Below are positions 47,468-60,444 of a stretch of 64,000 nt of DNA, piece by piece. Origin of the DNA: Squalus acanthias (taxonomy: Eukaryota); contig CM059438.1 in assembly GCA_030390025.1 (NCBI GenBank), positions 55,492,001-55,556,000 on the forward strand, read 5' to 3'. Position 1 is the stretch's first letter; every line of letters begins with the position of its first letter. A program made the position numbers and the translations under genes. The notes below the pieces were generated by a model. It had not been told where the DNA came from. It searched no databases and saw only the letters and a program-made list of their open reading frames with translations.

Positions 47468-49095
47468 TGTGAAGGAATAGCCAGGATTCAGAAAAATACA
47501 CGATACTAAAAACAGATTTCTGAAATTATTAATAAATGACATACTGGGTTTAAAAGACATAAGCCTTAGCAGACACAGGCTGCAGGCACAATACAGGCTT
47601 ATGAGATAAGATGGTTTGTTAACACAAAGCTGTGAACACAAGCTTTGATATGGGAATGGGATATTGACAAAGACAATGCCCTATTGAAGCAACCCATTGG
47701 AGGTTCCTCTATGTCTAGAGTTTGGAATCAAAACAATGGAATCACCCAGTTTAAAGTGTTAAAAGCTAACACTGATGCAAACAGAAACTTAGAATATTAA
47801 ACAACCATAAGCCTTCATAATATAACATCAAATAAGACAGGAAACACGATTAAATATGCAACTAATTCAGATAGCTAGAAAACAAGTAAACACTGAGTTA
47901 AAATGTTTTCAATTTACATATTGTAAAAATGATACCTACAGAAGCCTTTGAAGAAATGACATCAAGTAAAAGAAACGCCTGCTGAACAAATAGTTTTAAT
48001 GTTAAGCTTGAAATATGGAGTCCCGAGGTCTGATAAAAAACAATTGAAATAAATAAGAAATATATGGAGCACCCTAGATAAAGTATTTACAAGTTGTAAA
48101 AGGTACACAAACAAGACAACTTTGAAGCTATTACTTCAATGGATGCACCAAGCAATTACATTGTTCTTGTATTGAACTTGGAATACCACGGAGTCACAAC
48201 GTCTGATAAAGACCAGTTAAAGTAATATTAGAAATTCAATAGAAAGACTTCGATAAGAATTGCATCAAACAGAAACCATTGCTGTCATTGTGTTTATGAT
48301 GGTTTTTGAAACATCTAAGGTAGAGACATAATTATGCATGCAATGGCTAAATTGACAGTAAAGACAGAAAGCATTCAACAGAGATATCGATAAAGAATAG
48401 AACAAAGTCAGCAAAGAATGACTTGATACAATTAAGCTTGCATCATCAGGAAAACTTCAAAGGATAAACCACCCAAAAAAGATATAAAAATATGAGCTTT
48501 TCAGATGGAAAGTCAGAAGTCGTTGGGAAGACAAGCGTTTCTCAACTTCACAGAAATTCTCTGTAAGTTTTTAACTTTTGAGTCTCGGGCAATCAAGGTA
48601 TTTGATTTTGGTGGATATTCTGGATTAAGAAATAAGTAGAAGTGTGGAAATGTAACGAAGTTAAGATTTGAGAATAAGGATCTCTGATAAGAAAATGTAA
48701 GCTATTTGTATTTTGAATGATTAAAGTTGTGATTGCCATAATAAATGTTAACTGAATGTCAGTTCTGTAATAAATCTATATATTTTTAGAATAGTCTCAA
48801 AGAGTATTTCTGTATCATCTTGCAAACTCAAATTCTGTACACTCAAAGGAGTTGCAGGATTCTGGGGGGTATTCCGGACCCTCATAATATCCGGAAGGTT
48901 ACAGTCTAGTTAAACTTATTAAAAGTACTATCTGGAGGACGGTAACATCTTTAGACCGTTTCTTTCCTTTAGGGAGAGGTAGTCTGATCTTTAGACCCAA
49001 TTAAGCGTCTTATAGGATCCGGCTACCACAAACTTTAGTTGAAGGTAAACATCTGGGGTAGTCCGAAAGGGCTAAGACTTGTAATTATCCCTTCA
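47468..49095 (+). mobile_element. Solo LTR, 1628 bp
   Basis: TGTGAAGGAATA...TATCCCTTCA ends, 4-bp TSD ATAT (47464-67, 49096-99), TATAAAA at ~48483, AATAAA at ~48740 and ~48769; no long ORF. Confidence 0.7.
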
Positions 49096-49214
49096 ATATA
49101 ATATAATGTAAAGTGGGTGGGGAGCCGAGAAGGTGGGGGTGTGAGGGAGAGTGGACGTGAGCGAGGGAGGGAGGGTGTTAGTGGGAGTATGTGTGTGCTT
49201 GTGTGTGAGTGCTA

Positions 49215-52200
49215 AGCCCATGCAGCAGAACCTGGTCTCCAATTGTCCTGGGCATCCTTGCCATTGGACCAAGACCTTGCTCTGTCAAGCCCGTGTGGTA
49301 GCTGATGTGCAACGGCCACCCCACGTTAAAAGAATTCACGCACGGGCATCTTCCACCCCTTTAAAATGAAGTTCGGGACCTGGAACGTCAGGACCCTCAT
49401 GGGTAACCCCAACAGTGACAGACCGGAACGTCGCACTGCTATCATAGCCCGGGAACTCAGACGCTTCGACATCGATATCGCCACCCTGAGCGAGACACAG
49501 CGGGCAGGAGAAGGCCAGCTCAAGGAACAAGGTGGCAGATACACCTTTTTCTGGAAAGGCAAACCAGAAGAGGAACGCCGTTTCCATGGGGTTGGCTTCG
49601 CCATCAAAAATGAGCTAGCTTGGCGTCTTAGAGATTCCCCTTGTGGGATAAACAAACGCCTCATGACCCTTGGGCTCACTCTAACCCGGAATCAGTATGC
49701 TGCGGTTCTCGGGGTGTACGCCCCAACCCTGGAAGCCACGGACGAGGCCAACGAGGTATTCTACTCCAGCCTTGAACAATCCCTGTTCCAACGGGTGACA
49801 AGCTGATTCTCCTTGGCGATTTTAATGCCAGAGTTGGTAAGGACACAAACCTCTGGAGAGGTGTGATTGGCAGGGAAGGTGTAGGGAAAACCAACGCCAA
49901 CGGAATCCTTCTCCTGACGAAATGCTTAGAACATGGTCTTGTCATAACCAACACCCTGTTTCGTCAGAGAGATAAGTACAAGGCCTCATGGCAACATTCT
50001 CACTCCAGGCATTGGCATCTGTTGGACTACGTCATCGTCCAAGCGAGGGACCGGAAGGATGTCCGCATCACCCGCGCCATGACAGGAGCTGATGACTGCT
50101 GGACTGACCACCACCTAATCCGTTCCATTATCTCCATCAACCTAGCATCAAAATGGCGGCGGCAACAGAAACGCCACAGAAAAATCAATGCTGAAGGACT
50201 CAAAGACCCTGCAAAGAAAGCCCTATTCAGCCAACTCCTCACAGCTAACCTGACAACTCCCAATGAACCGGAGCCGCAGAGTGTCCGTAGTGCCTGGTCT
50301 GCCCTTAAGTCCACCATAATTAGCACCTGCGAAGAGACTCTTGGTTACTCTACCAGAAAACACCAAGACTGGTTTGATGAGAATGACCAGGAGATCCAGG
50401 AGCTAATAAATCGTAAAAGTAAGGCATTGTTGAATTGGAAACATCATCACAACTTGAGGGAAAGAAGACAGATTTACAGACAACTGAAGGCCAAGGTCCA
50501 ACAAAAAACTTGTGACCTAAAGAACAGATGGTGGGTGGAAAGAGCGCAGGAGATCCAGCAACTAGCCGACAACCATGACGTGCATGGATTCTTTAGCGCA
50601 GTCAAGACCACCTATGGCCCAAGCACCCAAGGAGCTATCCCGCTGAGAGCTAAGAACGGTGAGGTGCTCATCAAGGACAGAGAGGCAGTCAGTGCCCGCT
50701 GGAAGGAGCACTTCGAAGAACTCCTCAACCAAGACTCCGTCTTCGACGTGATTGTCCTTGACTCCATCCCACAGCATGCTATCCACCACTATCTTGGCAC
50801 AATCCCAGCCCGGCATGAGGTTGAAAAGACCATCCGATAGCTGAAAAACAACAAGGCTTCCAGAGCAGATGAAATCCCTGCCGAAGTACTAAAGCATGGC
50901 GGAGAAGTACTCTTGGCACGAATCCATGATCTTATCGCCCTTATCTGGAAGGTGGAGAGCATGCCAGGGGATTTCAGAGACACCGTAATCATGACCATCT
51001 TCAAGAAAGGAGACAAGTCCGATTGCGGTAATTACAGAGGAGTTTCCCTGTTGTCTGCCACAGAGAAAGTCATTGCAAGAATCCTGCTTAATCATCTCCT
51101 CCCAGTGGCTGAAGAACTCCTCCCAGAGTCACAATGCGGATTCCGCCCACTAAGAGGCACAATGGACATGATTTTCACTGTGTGAGAAATCCAAGAAAAA
51201 TGTATGGAGCAGCATTAACGTCTGTACATGGCCTTTTTTGACCTCACAAAGGCCTTTGACTCTGTCAACCGAGAGGGATTATGGAGTGTCCTTCTCAAAT
51301 TTGGCTGTCCTCAAAAATTTGTTACCATCCTCCGTCTGCTCCACGATGACATGCAAGCCGTGATCTTTACTAACATCACAGACCCAATATAAGCAAGGCT
51401 GTGTCATTGCACCGACACTCTTCTCAATCTTTCTCACTGCAATACTTCATCTCACCTCGAACAAGCTTCCTGCCAGAGTGGAGCTAATCTACAGGATGAA
51501 CGGGAAATTGTTCAATCTCCTTCAGTCCAGAACCAAGATTGTCCCAACCTCTGCTATTGAATTACAGTACGCAGACGACACTTGTGTTTGTGCGCACTCG
51601 GAGGCCAAACTCCAAACCATCATTGATTCCTTCACTGAAGCGTACAAGAGACTGGGCCATGCATTAAATATCTGAAAGACAAAGGGGTAAAAATTCAGTC
51701 GCGCCCCATTTGGGGCGCAAATATCGTCTGGACGCAAATATTAGCGCCTGGCGCTAATTATCGGCACTGACTGGAAACTTCACTTTTACCGCCCCGGGAG
51801 GTGAGTGGAGCGCTAAATCAGGCGCTGCACACCTGTCTTAAGGCGCAAAGGCCAAGGAGTGAGGCGCTAACTCAGAGCGCTGGCGAAGCTCATGTAATGT
51901 CAGTCAGCAATGGAACACACACACAATGGCACGGGCCAGTTCTTAAAGGGGATGGTTAATCTTGCTTTCCATCCACATCCTGTTCATTGCAGCCTTGAAT
52001 CTCGGCCTGGAGAGACTTGCACATCAAATGTGCTGGAAAGAACAATGGAGAGTACCAGGCAAAGAGCTCAGAGTGCAGCTCCCACAGTCTCTGCTAAATC
52101 GATACAAGGAATGGCAAATCAAAATGAACCTGCAAAGTGCTGCTCGGTACCCAAAACTCCTTCACACAACGTTGAATCTCTCCAGAAGTCTCTCCCTCTC

Positions 52201-53466
52201 TCTCTCAGAATGCGTAGTTCAAAAATGCCACCAACAATAAAAGACAGGAAGAGGCCCCCTTTAAATAGCGCCCCCCCCCAGCCCCACAGCGATTGATAGC
52301 GTTCCAGTCTTCTGGTCGTTGGATGCGCCAGGCGGTAAGGCAGGGGTGCGCCACTCAATTTCCGCTCCGGGGCGCCACAAGGGCGTTGCACCATGGAATG
52401 ACGTCACAATCTGCGCGCGCAGGTGGTCGCAGCGGTAAAGTTTAGCGCCGCCGCACAATCTCTAGTTAAGTTCCCGAGCGGCGCAAACATCGCTGCGCCC
52501 GGGCGTTAGCGGCTTTGCGCCCCATTAGCGCCCTCTTAAGGCACTAACGGGAGGCGCAACCAACTGAATTTTTACCCCAAAGGTTTTTACCAACCTGCCC
52601 CCACCACACAACACTGCCTCCTGACTATCAAAATCCATGACGAGACCTTGGACAGTGTGGACCACTTTCCATACCTTCGGAGCCTTCTGTCAGCGAGGCG
52701 GACATCGATGACGAAATCCAACACTGCCTTCAGTGTGCCACTGCAGCCTTCGGCCACCTGAGGAAAAGAGTGTTTGAAGACCAAGACCTCAAACCCGGTA
52801 CCAAGCTCATGGTCTACAGAGCAGCAGTGATACCCGCCCTCCTGTATGCTTCAGAGACATGGACAACGGAGATCAGGCACCTCAAAGCACTGGAGAGGTA
52901 CCAACAACACTGCCTCCGCAAAATCCTGCAAATCCATTGGCAGGACAGGCGACCAATGTCAGTGTTCTCCCTCAGGCCAACATCCCCCAGCATTGAGGCA
53001 TTGATCGCGCTCAATCAGCTCCAATGGACGGGCCACATTGTCCGCATGCCTGATACAAGACTCCCGAAACAAGCACTCCACTCCGAGCTCTGCCACGGAA
53101 AGCGATTTCCAGGAGGGCAGAGAAAACGCTTCAAGGACGTTCTCAAAGCCTTCCGGAAAAAATGTAAAATCCTCATCGACTCTTGGGAATCCCTGGCCCA
53201 AGACCGCTCACATTGGAGGAGAAGCATTCGAGAAGGCACCGAACACTTCGAGTTTTTTCGTCGGGAGTACACGGAGGCCAAATACAAACAGCAGAAGGAG
53301 CGTATGACAAACCAAGCACTCCACCCACTCGTCCCTTCAACCACTACCTGTCCCACCTGTGACAGAGTCTGTAGATCCTGCATAGGACTCATTAGGACCT
53401 TAGAACCCACAATATTGGATTGGAAGCATGTCATCCTCGACTCCGGGGGACTGCCTAAGAAGAAGA
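49215..53466 (+). mobile_element. RTE-clade LINE, near full length, decayed
   Basis: MKFGTWNVRTL..ERRTAIIAREL..LSET, DYVIV, DCWTDH, NYRGVSLL, ESQCGFR, QYADD, C-terminal CPTCDRVC and (AAG)n tail. Confidence 0.9.
51684..52578 (-). mobile_element. Non-autonomous derivative (895 bp) of the 16379-20693 Harbinger
   Basis: Perfect 16-bp TIR GGGGTAAAAATTCAGT, TSD AAA. About 200 bp and 370 bp at the ends are near-identical to the autonomous element's ends. Confidence 0.93.
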
Positions 53467-53467
53467 T

Positions 53468-56400
53468 ATATGCACTATGTGGGAACTCAGGGACACTTCC
53501 TGTGTCCCTGACGACCATGTGTGCGGGAAGTGTATTCAGCTGCAGCTACTGACAGACCGCATTGCGGCGCTGGAGCTGCGAATGGATACATACTGGAGCA
53601 TTCGCGATGCTGAGGACGTCGTGGATAGCACGTTTAACCAGTTGGTCACACCGCAGGTAAAGGCTGCACAGGCAGAAAGGGAATGGGTGACTGCCAGGCA
53701 GAGTAGTAAGCCCAGGCAGGTAGTGCAGGGGTCCCCTGTGGCCATCCCCCTCTCAAACAGATATACCGCTTTGGATATTGTTGAGGGAGATGGCTTATCG
53801 GGGGAAGGCAGCAGCAGCCAACTTCCTGGCACCATGGGTGGCTCTGCTGCACAGGACAGGAGGAAAAAGAGCGGGAGAGCTATAGTGATAGGGGATTCTA
53901 TTGTAAGGGGAATAGATAGTCATTTCTGCAGCCGCAAATGAGACTCCAGGATGGTATGTTACCTCCCTGGTGCAAGGGTCAAGGATATCTCGGAGCGGCT
54001 GCAGGGCATTCTGGAGGAGGAGGGTGCACAGCCAGTTGTCATGGTGCATATTGGTACCAACGATATAGGTAAAAACCGGGATGAGGTCCTAAAAGCTGAA
54101 TATAGGGAGTTAGGAGGTAAATTAAAAAATAGGACCTCAAAGGTAGTAATCTCAGGATTGCTACCGGTGCCACGTACTAGTCACAGTAGAAATAGAAGGA
54201 TATTTCAGATGAATATGTGGCTAGAGGAATGGTGCAAGGGGGAGGGATTCAAATTCCTGGGACATTGGAACCAGTTCTGGGGGAGGTGGGACCAGTACAA
54301 ACTGGACGGTTTGCACCTGGGCAGGACCGGGACCAATGTCCTAGGGGGAGTGTTTGCTGGTGCTGTTGGGGAGGGTTTAAACTAAAATGGCAGGGGGTTG
54401 GGAACCTGTGCAGGGAGACAGAGGAAAGGGAAGCAAGGATAGAAGCAAAAGACAGGAAGGAGAAAAGCAAAAATGGCAGTCAGAGAAATCAAGGGTGTAA
54501 ATCAAACATGGCCACAGTAAACAATAATTCTAAAAGGTCTAAGAGTGTTAAAAAAACAAGCCTGAAGGCTTTGTGTCTTAATGCGAGGAGCATTCGTAAT
54601 AAGGTGGATGAATTAGCTTTGCAAATAGATGTAAACGGATATGATATAATTAGGATTACGGAGACATGGCTCCAGGGTGACCAAGGCTGGGAATTCAACA
54701 TCCAGGAGTATTCAATATTCAGGAAAGACAGGCAAAAAGGAAAAGGAGGTGGGGTAGAATTGCTGGTTAAAGAGGAGATTAACACAATAGTAAGGAAGGA
54801 TATTAGCTCTGATGATGTGGAATCTGTATGGGTAGAGCTGAGAAATACCAAGGGGCAGAAAACGTTAGTGGGAGTTGTATACAGACCCCCAAACAGTAAT
54901 GCTGAGGTTGGGGATGGCATTAAATGGGAAATTAGAGACACGTACAATAAGGGCACAGCAGTTATCATGGGTGACTTTAATCTACATATAGATTGGGCTA
55001 ACCAAATTAGTAACAATACTGTGGAGGACGAATTCCTAGAGTATATACGGGATGGTTTCCTGGACCAATATGTCGAGGAACCAACTAGAGATCAGGCCAT
55101 CTTAGACTGGGTATTATGTAATGAGAAAGGATTAATTAACAATCTTGTTGTGCGAGGCCCCTTGGGGAGGAGCGATCATAATATGATAGAATTCTTCATT
55201 AAGATGGAGAGTGAAGTAGTTGACTCAGAGACTAGGGTCCTGAATATAAATAAAGGAAACTACGATGGTATGAGGCGCTAGTTGGCTAGGATGGATTGGG
55301 GAATGTTACTTAGAGGGTTGACGGTGGATAGGCAATGGCAAACATTTAAAGATCGCATGGATGAACTACAGAAATTTTGTAGTGCATAAAAATAAAACAA
55401 AAAAGGTGACTCAGCCATGGCTAACAAGGGAAATTAAGGGTAGCATAAGATCCAAGGAGAGGACATATAAATTGGCCAGAAAAAGCAGCAAACCTGAGGA
55501 TTGGGAACAGTTTAGGATTTAGCAAAGGAGGAAAAAGGGATTAATTAAGAGGGGGGAAAATAGAGTATGAGAGTAAGCTTTCAAGGAACATAAAAACTGA
55601 CTGTAAAAGCTTCTATAGATATGTGAAGAGAAAAAGATTGGTGAAGTCAAGCGTAGTTCCCTTGCAGTCAGAATCAGGGGAATTTATAATGGGGAACAAA
55701 GAAATGGCAGACCAATTAAATACATACTTTGGTTCTGTCTTCACAAAGGAGGACACAAATAACCTCCCAGAGATGTTGGGTAACATAGGGTCTAATGAGA
55801 GGGAAGAACTGAATGAAATCAGTATTTGTAGGGAAATGGTGTTAGGGAAATTGATGGGATTAAAGGCCGATAAATCCCCAGGGCCTGATAATCTACATCC
55901 TAGGGTACTTAAGGAATTGGCCCTAGAAATATTAGATGCATTGCTGGTCATCTTCCAAAATTCTATAGACTCTGGAACAGTTCCCATGGATTGGAGGGTA
56001 GCTAATGTAACCCCACTATTTTAAAAAGGTTGGAGAGAGAAAACAGGGAATTATAGACCGGTAAGCCTGTCATCGGTAGTGGGGAAAATGCTAGAGTCCA
56101 TTATAAAAGATGTAATAGCAGAGCACTTGGAAAACAGTGACAGGATCGGACAAAGTCAACATGGATTTACAAAAGGTAAATCATGCTTGACTAATCTACT
56201 GGAATTTTTTGAGGATGTAACTGGTAGAATAGATAAGGGAGAACCAGTGGATGTGGTGTATTTGGACTTTCAGAAGGCTTTCGATAAGGTCCCGCATAAG
56301 AGATTAGCGTGAAAAGTTAAAGCACATGGGATTGGGGGTAAGGTACTGACTTGGATAGAAAACTGGTTGGCAGACAGGAAGCAAAGAGTTGGAATAAACG

Positions 56401-57455
56401 GGTCTTTTTCCGAGTGGCAGGCAGTGACTTGTGGGGTACCGCAGGGATCGGTGCTAGGACCCCAGCTATTCACAATATATATTAATGATCTAGACGAAGG
56501 AACTAGATGTAATATCTCCAAGTTTGCAGACGACACAAAGCTGGGTGGGCGTGTGTGCTGTGAGGAGGATGCAGAGAAACTCCAGTATGATTTGGACAGT
56601 TTGGTTGATTGGGCAGATGCATGGCAGATGCACTATAATGTGGGTAAATGCGAGGTTATCCACTTTGGTGGCAAAAACAGGAAGGCAGATTATTATCTGA
56701 ACGGCAATAGATTGGGAAAAGGGGAAGTGCAACGAGACCTGGGTGTCCTTGTGCACCAGTCGCTGAAGGTAAGCATGCAGGTGCAGCAGGCGGTTAAGAA
56801 GGCAAATAGTCTGTTGGCCTTCATAGCAAGAGGATTCGAGTACAGGAGCAAGGATGTCTTGCTGCAGTTGTACAGGGCCTTGGTGAGACCACACTTTGAG
56901 TATTGTGTGCAGTTTTGGTCGCCTTATCTGAGGAAGGATGTTCTTGCATTGGAGGGAGTGCAGCAAAGATTCACCAGACTGATACCTGAGATGGCAGGAA
57001 TGACGTATGAAGAGAGATTGGTTCGATTAGGCTTATATTCGCTAGAGTTTAGAAGAATGAGAGGGGATCTCATTGAAACTTATAAAATTCTAACAGGACT
57101 AGACAGACTAGATGCAGGAAGGATGTTGCCGATGGCGGGGGAGTCCAGAACCAGAGGTCACAGTCTAAGGATAAGGGGTAAGCCATTTAGGACTGAGATG
57201 AGGAGGAATTTCTTCACCCAGAGAGTGGTGAACCTGTGGAATTCTCTACCACAGAAGGCAGTTGAGGCCAATTCATTAAATATATTCAAGAAGGAGATAG
57301 ATATATTTCTTAAGGCTGAAGGGATGAAGGGATATGGGGAGAAAGCAGGGACAGGGTACTGAATTTGGATATTCAGCCATGATCTCATTAAATGGCGGAA
57401 CAGGCTCGAGGGGCCGAATGGCCTACTCCTGCTCCTATATTCTATGTTTCTATGT
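53468..57455 (+). mobile_element. CR1 LINE, near full length
   Basis: ORF1 53477-54385, ORF2 ~54508-57362 with several stops, (TTCTATGT) tail. Sister of 34981-37980. Confidence 0.93.
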
Positions 57456-59051
57456 TTACCTCACCTTCACTCACTTAGCACTGTTGCAAGCCTTGCACCC
57501 ACAATTCACAGCTCGCACACACTGGCAGCTATTCAACCAGGACAACCACATCACACAAACATATTCCTGGGTGCTCACTGACACACTTCCCTCTTTGTTG
57601 CAGGAGAAGATGGCGTTTAACAGGAGGCAGCAGCAATGAACTGGAGGAAGACAAGTGAGGGCCTGCAGGTTTTAACCCATATGGAGGAGACAGCACTGGC
57701 CATCATGGGAAGGGGCATCACTGAGGCCATGGCCACTGGCGGGGCTGAAATGGTCGATGCTGAGGGTATCTGCATACCTAATCCTCCTTCCCTCATCCCA
57801 CTTCTCCCTCATCCCTCAGTCTCTTCTGACTTACAAGCTACAGAGGGTGTAAGCACGCACTTCTTACTTTCACTTCTTCCCTTCACCACAACCCAACCCT
57901 TGTCCCTATTTCATTTCAGATACCCAAGAACTGAAGCCTTCTCAGTCAGTGGAGGAAGAGGAAGAAGACAGTGAAGATGAAGAGATGCTGTCACTTGATC
58001 TTACACTCATAGCCACCAGCTCAGATGATGACACTGCGCATATTTTAGAGGCTAGAATAGAGGAGGGATTTGCACATGGTGAGACACTGCGCTTGAGTGC
58101 GCAGGAGCCAGAGCCAGGGGCAAAGGATAGGGCAGGGATCAGCTTGCCAGAGGGCGAGGTGGCACCCTTGTTGTGCTATGGGTGTACATAACCAAATGCT
58201 TGGTGCATTGGAAAGCCTGCCAGAAAGCCTGAGTACAATGTCAAGGAGCCCAGCACCAACTTGGCACAGGGCTTTGTGCAGAGCTTGGACCCCATCCTTT
58301 CCAACATGGAATGGGTGGTTACCTCCATCAGCACACCTGTGGAACCCACCATGATACATCGTCTGATGGCCGATGTCACAACTTCCATTGCAGCACAAAC
58401 AGCTTCCATCAAAGGTCTGAGTGCTGCAGAGGGAGGTTGGACTGCTGCCATCATGGCTCTGGATACCACTGTTCAACGGGGCTTCTAGAGCGTCACAGCA
58501 GTCCATCAATCTGCTCTCCAGCAGATCAGTACCTGGGAGAGTGGGAGTGACTCCATACAGCATGAATCTGCTTTCCTCTCTCAGGATGACAACATTTCTG
58601 TTCCCACCCCTGCCACTCTGTCAGTGCCCTTGCTGTTGCCAGTCTGCCAGCCAGCCCAGACTGCTGATGCCCAGGCCGAGGTGGTGCAGTCTGAAACCGG
58701 GCCTTCTCGGCCCAGAGCTGCTCAAGGTCACCCGCCAAGGCCATCTGCAGTCTCCTCAATTGGAGGTCAGTAGCCTTCCACCAGCCATGCTGCAGCCATT
58801 GGGAAGCACCTTGTAAGAGCACTAGGAGAGGCAAAGGCAGACAGAAGACAGGCACTAAGGGAATGCGCAAGGGTGATCAGTTTATTTTGTATACATTATG
58901 TCATGACTGAATTTCTAAAATTGGATCAGAATGTGCAATTTTCTGGTGGTTTTTATTTTTGTGTTGTCGGAAAGAGGACGATGTGATGGTCAGTGATAGA
59001 GGAAAGGTAAGGAGTGTGGGACTGTTGGTGAATGGGGAGCTGTGGTAGAGG

Positions 59052-60206
59052 TTACCGGTATCGCTCGTGAATTATTTCCTCACATAGCGCCCGGGAGAAA
59101 GGGGCTGTCTATGGTGCAGTCGCCCTTCCTCTTTGTGTTGCTCCATTTCCTGTTACACTTCCTCCTCCTCCTCTTCCTGATCCTGCTCCTCAGCTTCTCA
59201 CGTGATAGGTGGTGGCAAGGACTAGTCCCTCATAATGGCCAGGTTGTGCAGCATCAGTGTACTACCACAAATCTTGATACCCGCTCAGCTGAGTACTGCA
59301 GGGCTCCTCCAGAGCGGTTCAGGCAGTGGAAGCGTTGCTTGAGGATGCCGATGGCGTGCTCTATAATGTTCCTTGTGGTAGCATGGCTCTCATTGTAGGC
59401 CTGCTGTGCACGTGTGTGGGGGTTCTAGACCGGCGTCATGAGCCATGTCATGAGTGGATAACCCTTGTCGCCCAGTAGACAGCCTTTGACTTGCTGCGGT
59501 GGGTCAAATACAGGTGGCACAGAGGACTGCTGCAGAATGAAGGAATTGTGACTGCTGCCAGGGTAACGGGCATTGACCTGCATGATGTGCTACCTGTGGT
59601 CGCACACCAGCTGCGCATTGAGGGAGTGGAATCGCTTTCGGTTCATGAAAATGGCCGAAATGACATGAGGTGCCCGCAAGGCAATGTGTGTGCAGTCAAT
59701 GGCACCCTGCACCATGGGGAAGCCTGCAATCTGTGCAAATCCTCGTGCTTGCTCTGCCTGCTTGGCTCTGGTAAGAGGGAATGAGATGAAGTTGTCTCTC
59801 TATGTATAGAGAGCCTCAGCGACCTCCCTTATGCAGAGGTGTACTGCAAACTACGAGATGTTGCTTATATCTCCAGCAGCAGCCTGAAAGGAACCAGATG
59901 CATAAAAGTTAAGAGCTACAGTCACCTTGACATCCACATCCAATGCTGTCCTTGCCCTGCTTTGAGGCTGCAGTTCTGCCTGCAGCAGTTCACTGACGAC
60001 CTCTTCAGTGACGTGAAGAATTCTCAAGGATTGGTTGTCACTGAAGCTGAGGTCAGAGAATTTCTCCCTAAAGACCCTGGGTGGATCTGGCCTCCAGCTG
60101 AGAGCCTTCCTCTCCCTCCTCCCTCAGCTTGTCCTGCTCTGCGTGGCCTCTGCTCATTCTCCCAGTCATGCTCAATTCCCAGAGGAAGGCCTATCAGGCC
60201 ACCCAT
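59052..60206 (-). pseudogene. Harbinger-2 transposase (frameshifted)
   Basis: Minus-strand GFPMVQGAIDCTHIALRAP, FHSLNAQLVCDH, PGSSHNS, LGDKGYP, IEHAIGILKQRFHCL. Confidence 0.85.
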
Positions 60207-60444
60207 GTCTGGAAGCAACTTGTCTCAGCACAAGCTTTTAAATCAACAAAAAAGTACTTCAGCACCAGCCAGACCGCTCCCTGTAGACTATTCAAACTTC
60301 AGGTAAGTATAGGAAAGCTCCAGAAATGCCTACAATTGAACCAGCACCCAGAGAAATAATCAAGCAAATAACCTGTAAGTAGTTCATGATCCCTTTAAAT
60401 GGCACTGCTGGGGGCGGAGCGGGGTTGGGGGGTGTCCTTCATGT

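Larger units (their letters stand above)
45913..58880 (+). pseudogene. Harbinger-2 Myb/SANT gene (exons 45913-46146, 57604-57765, 57920-~58880)
   Basis: Exon 1 RAPRFSDNALEAL..RTWMQCRKMFNDLTR|GTGAGT. Exon 2 EKMAFNRRQQQ*TGG contains a stop. Exon 3 is frameshifted. Confidence 0.78.
45647..60410 (-). mobile_element. Second, decayed Harbinger split by ~11 kb of nested insertions
   Basis: TIR-like GGGGGAGAAATT at 45647. Myb gene on +, transposase on -. The other end is cut by the CR1 at ~60445. Confidence 0.8.
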
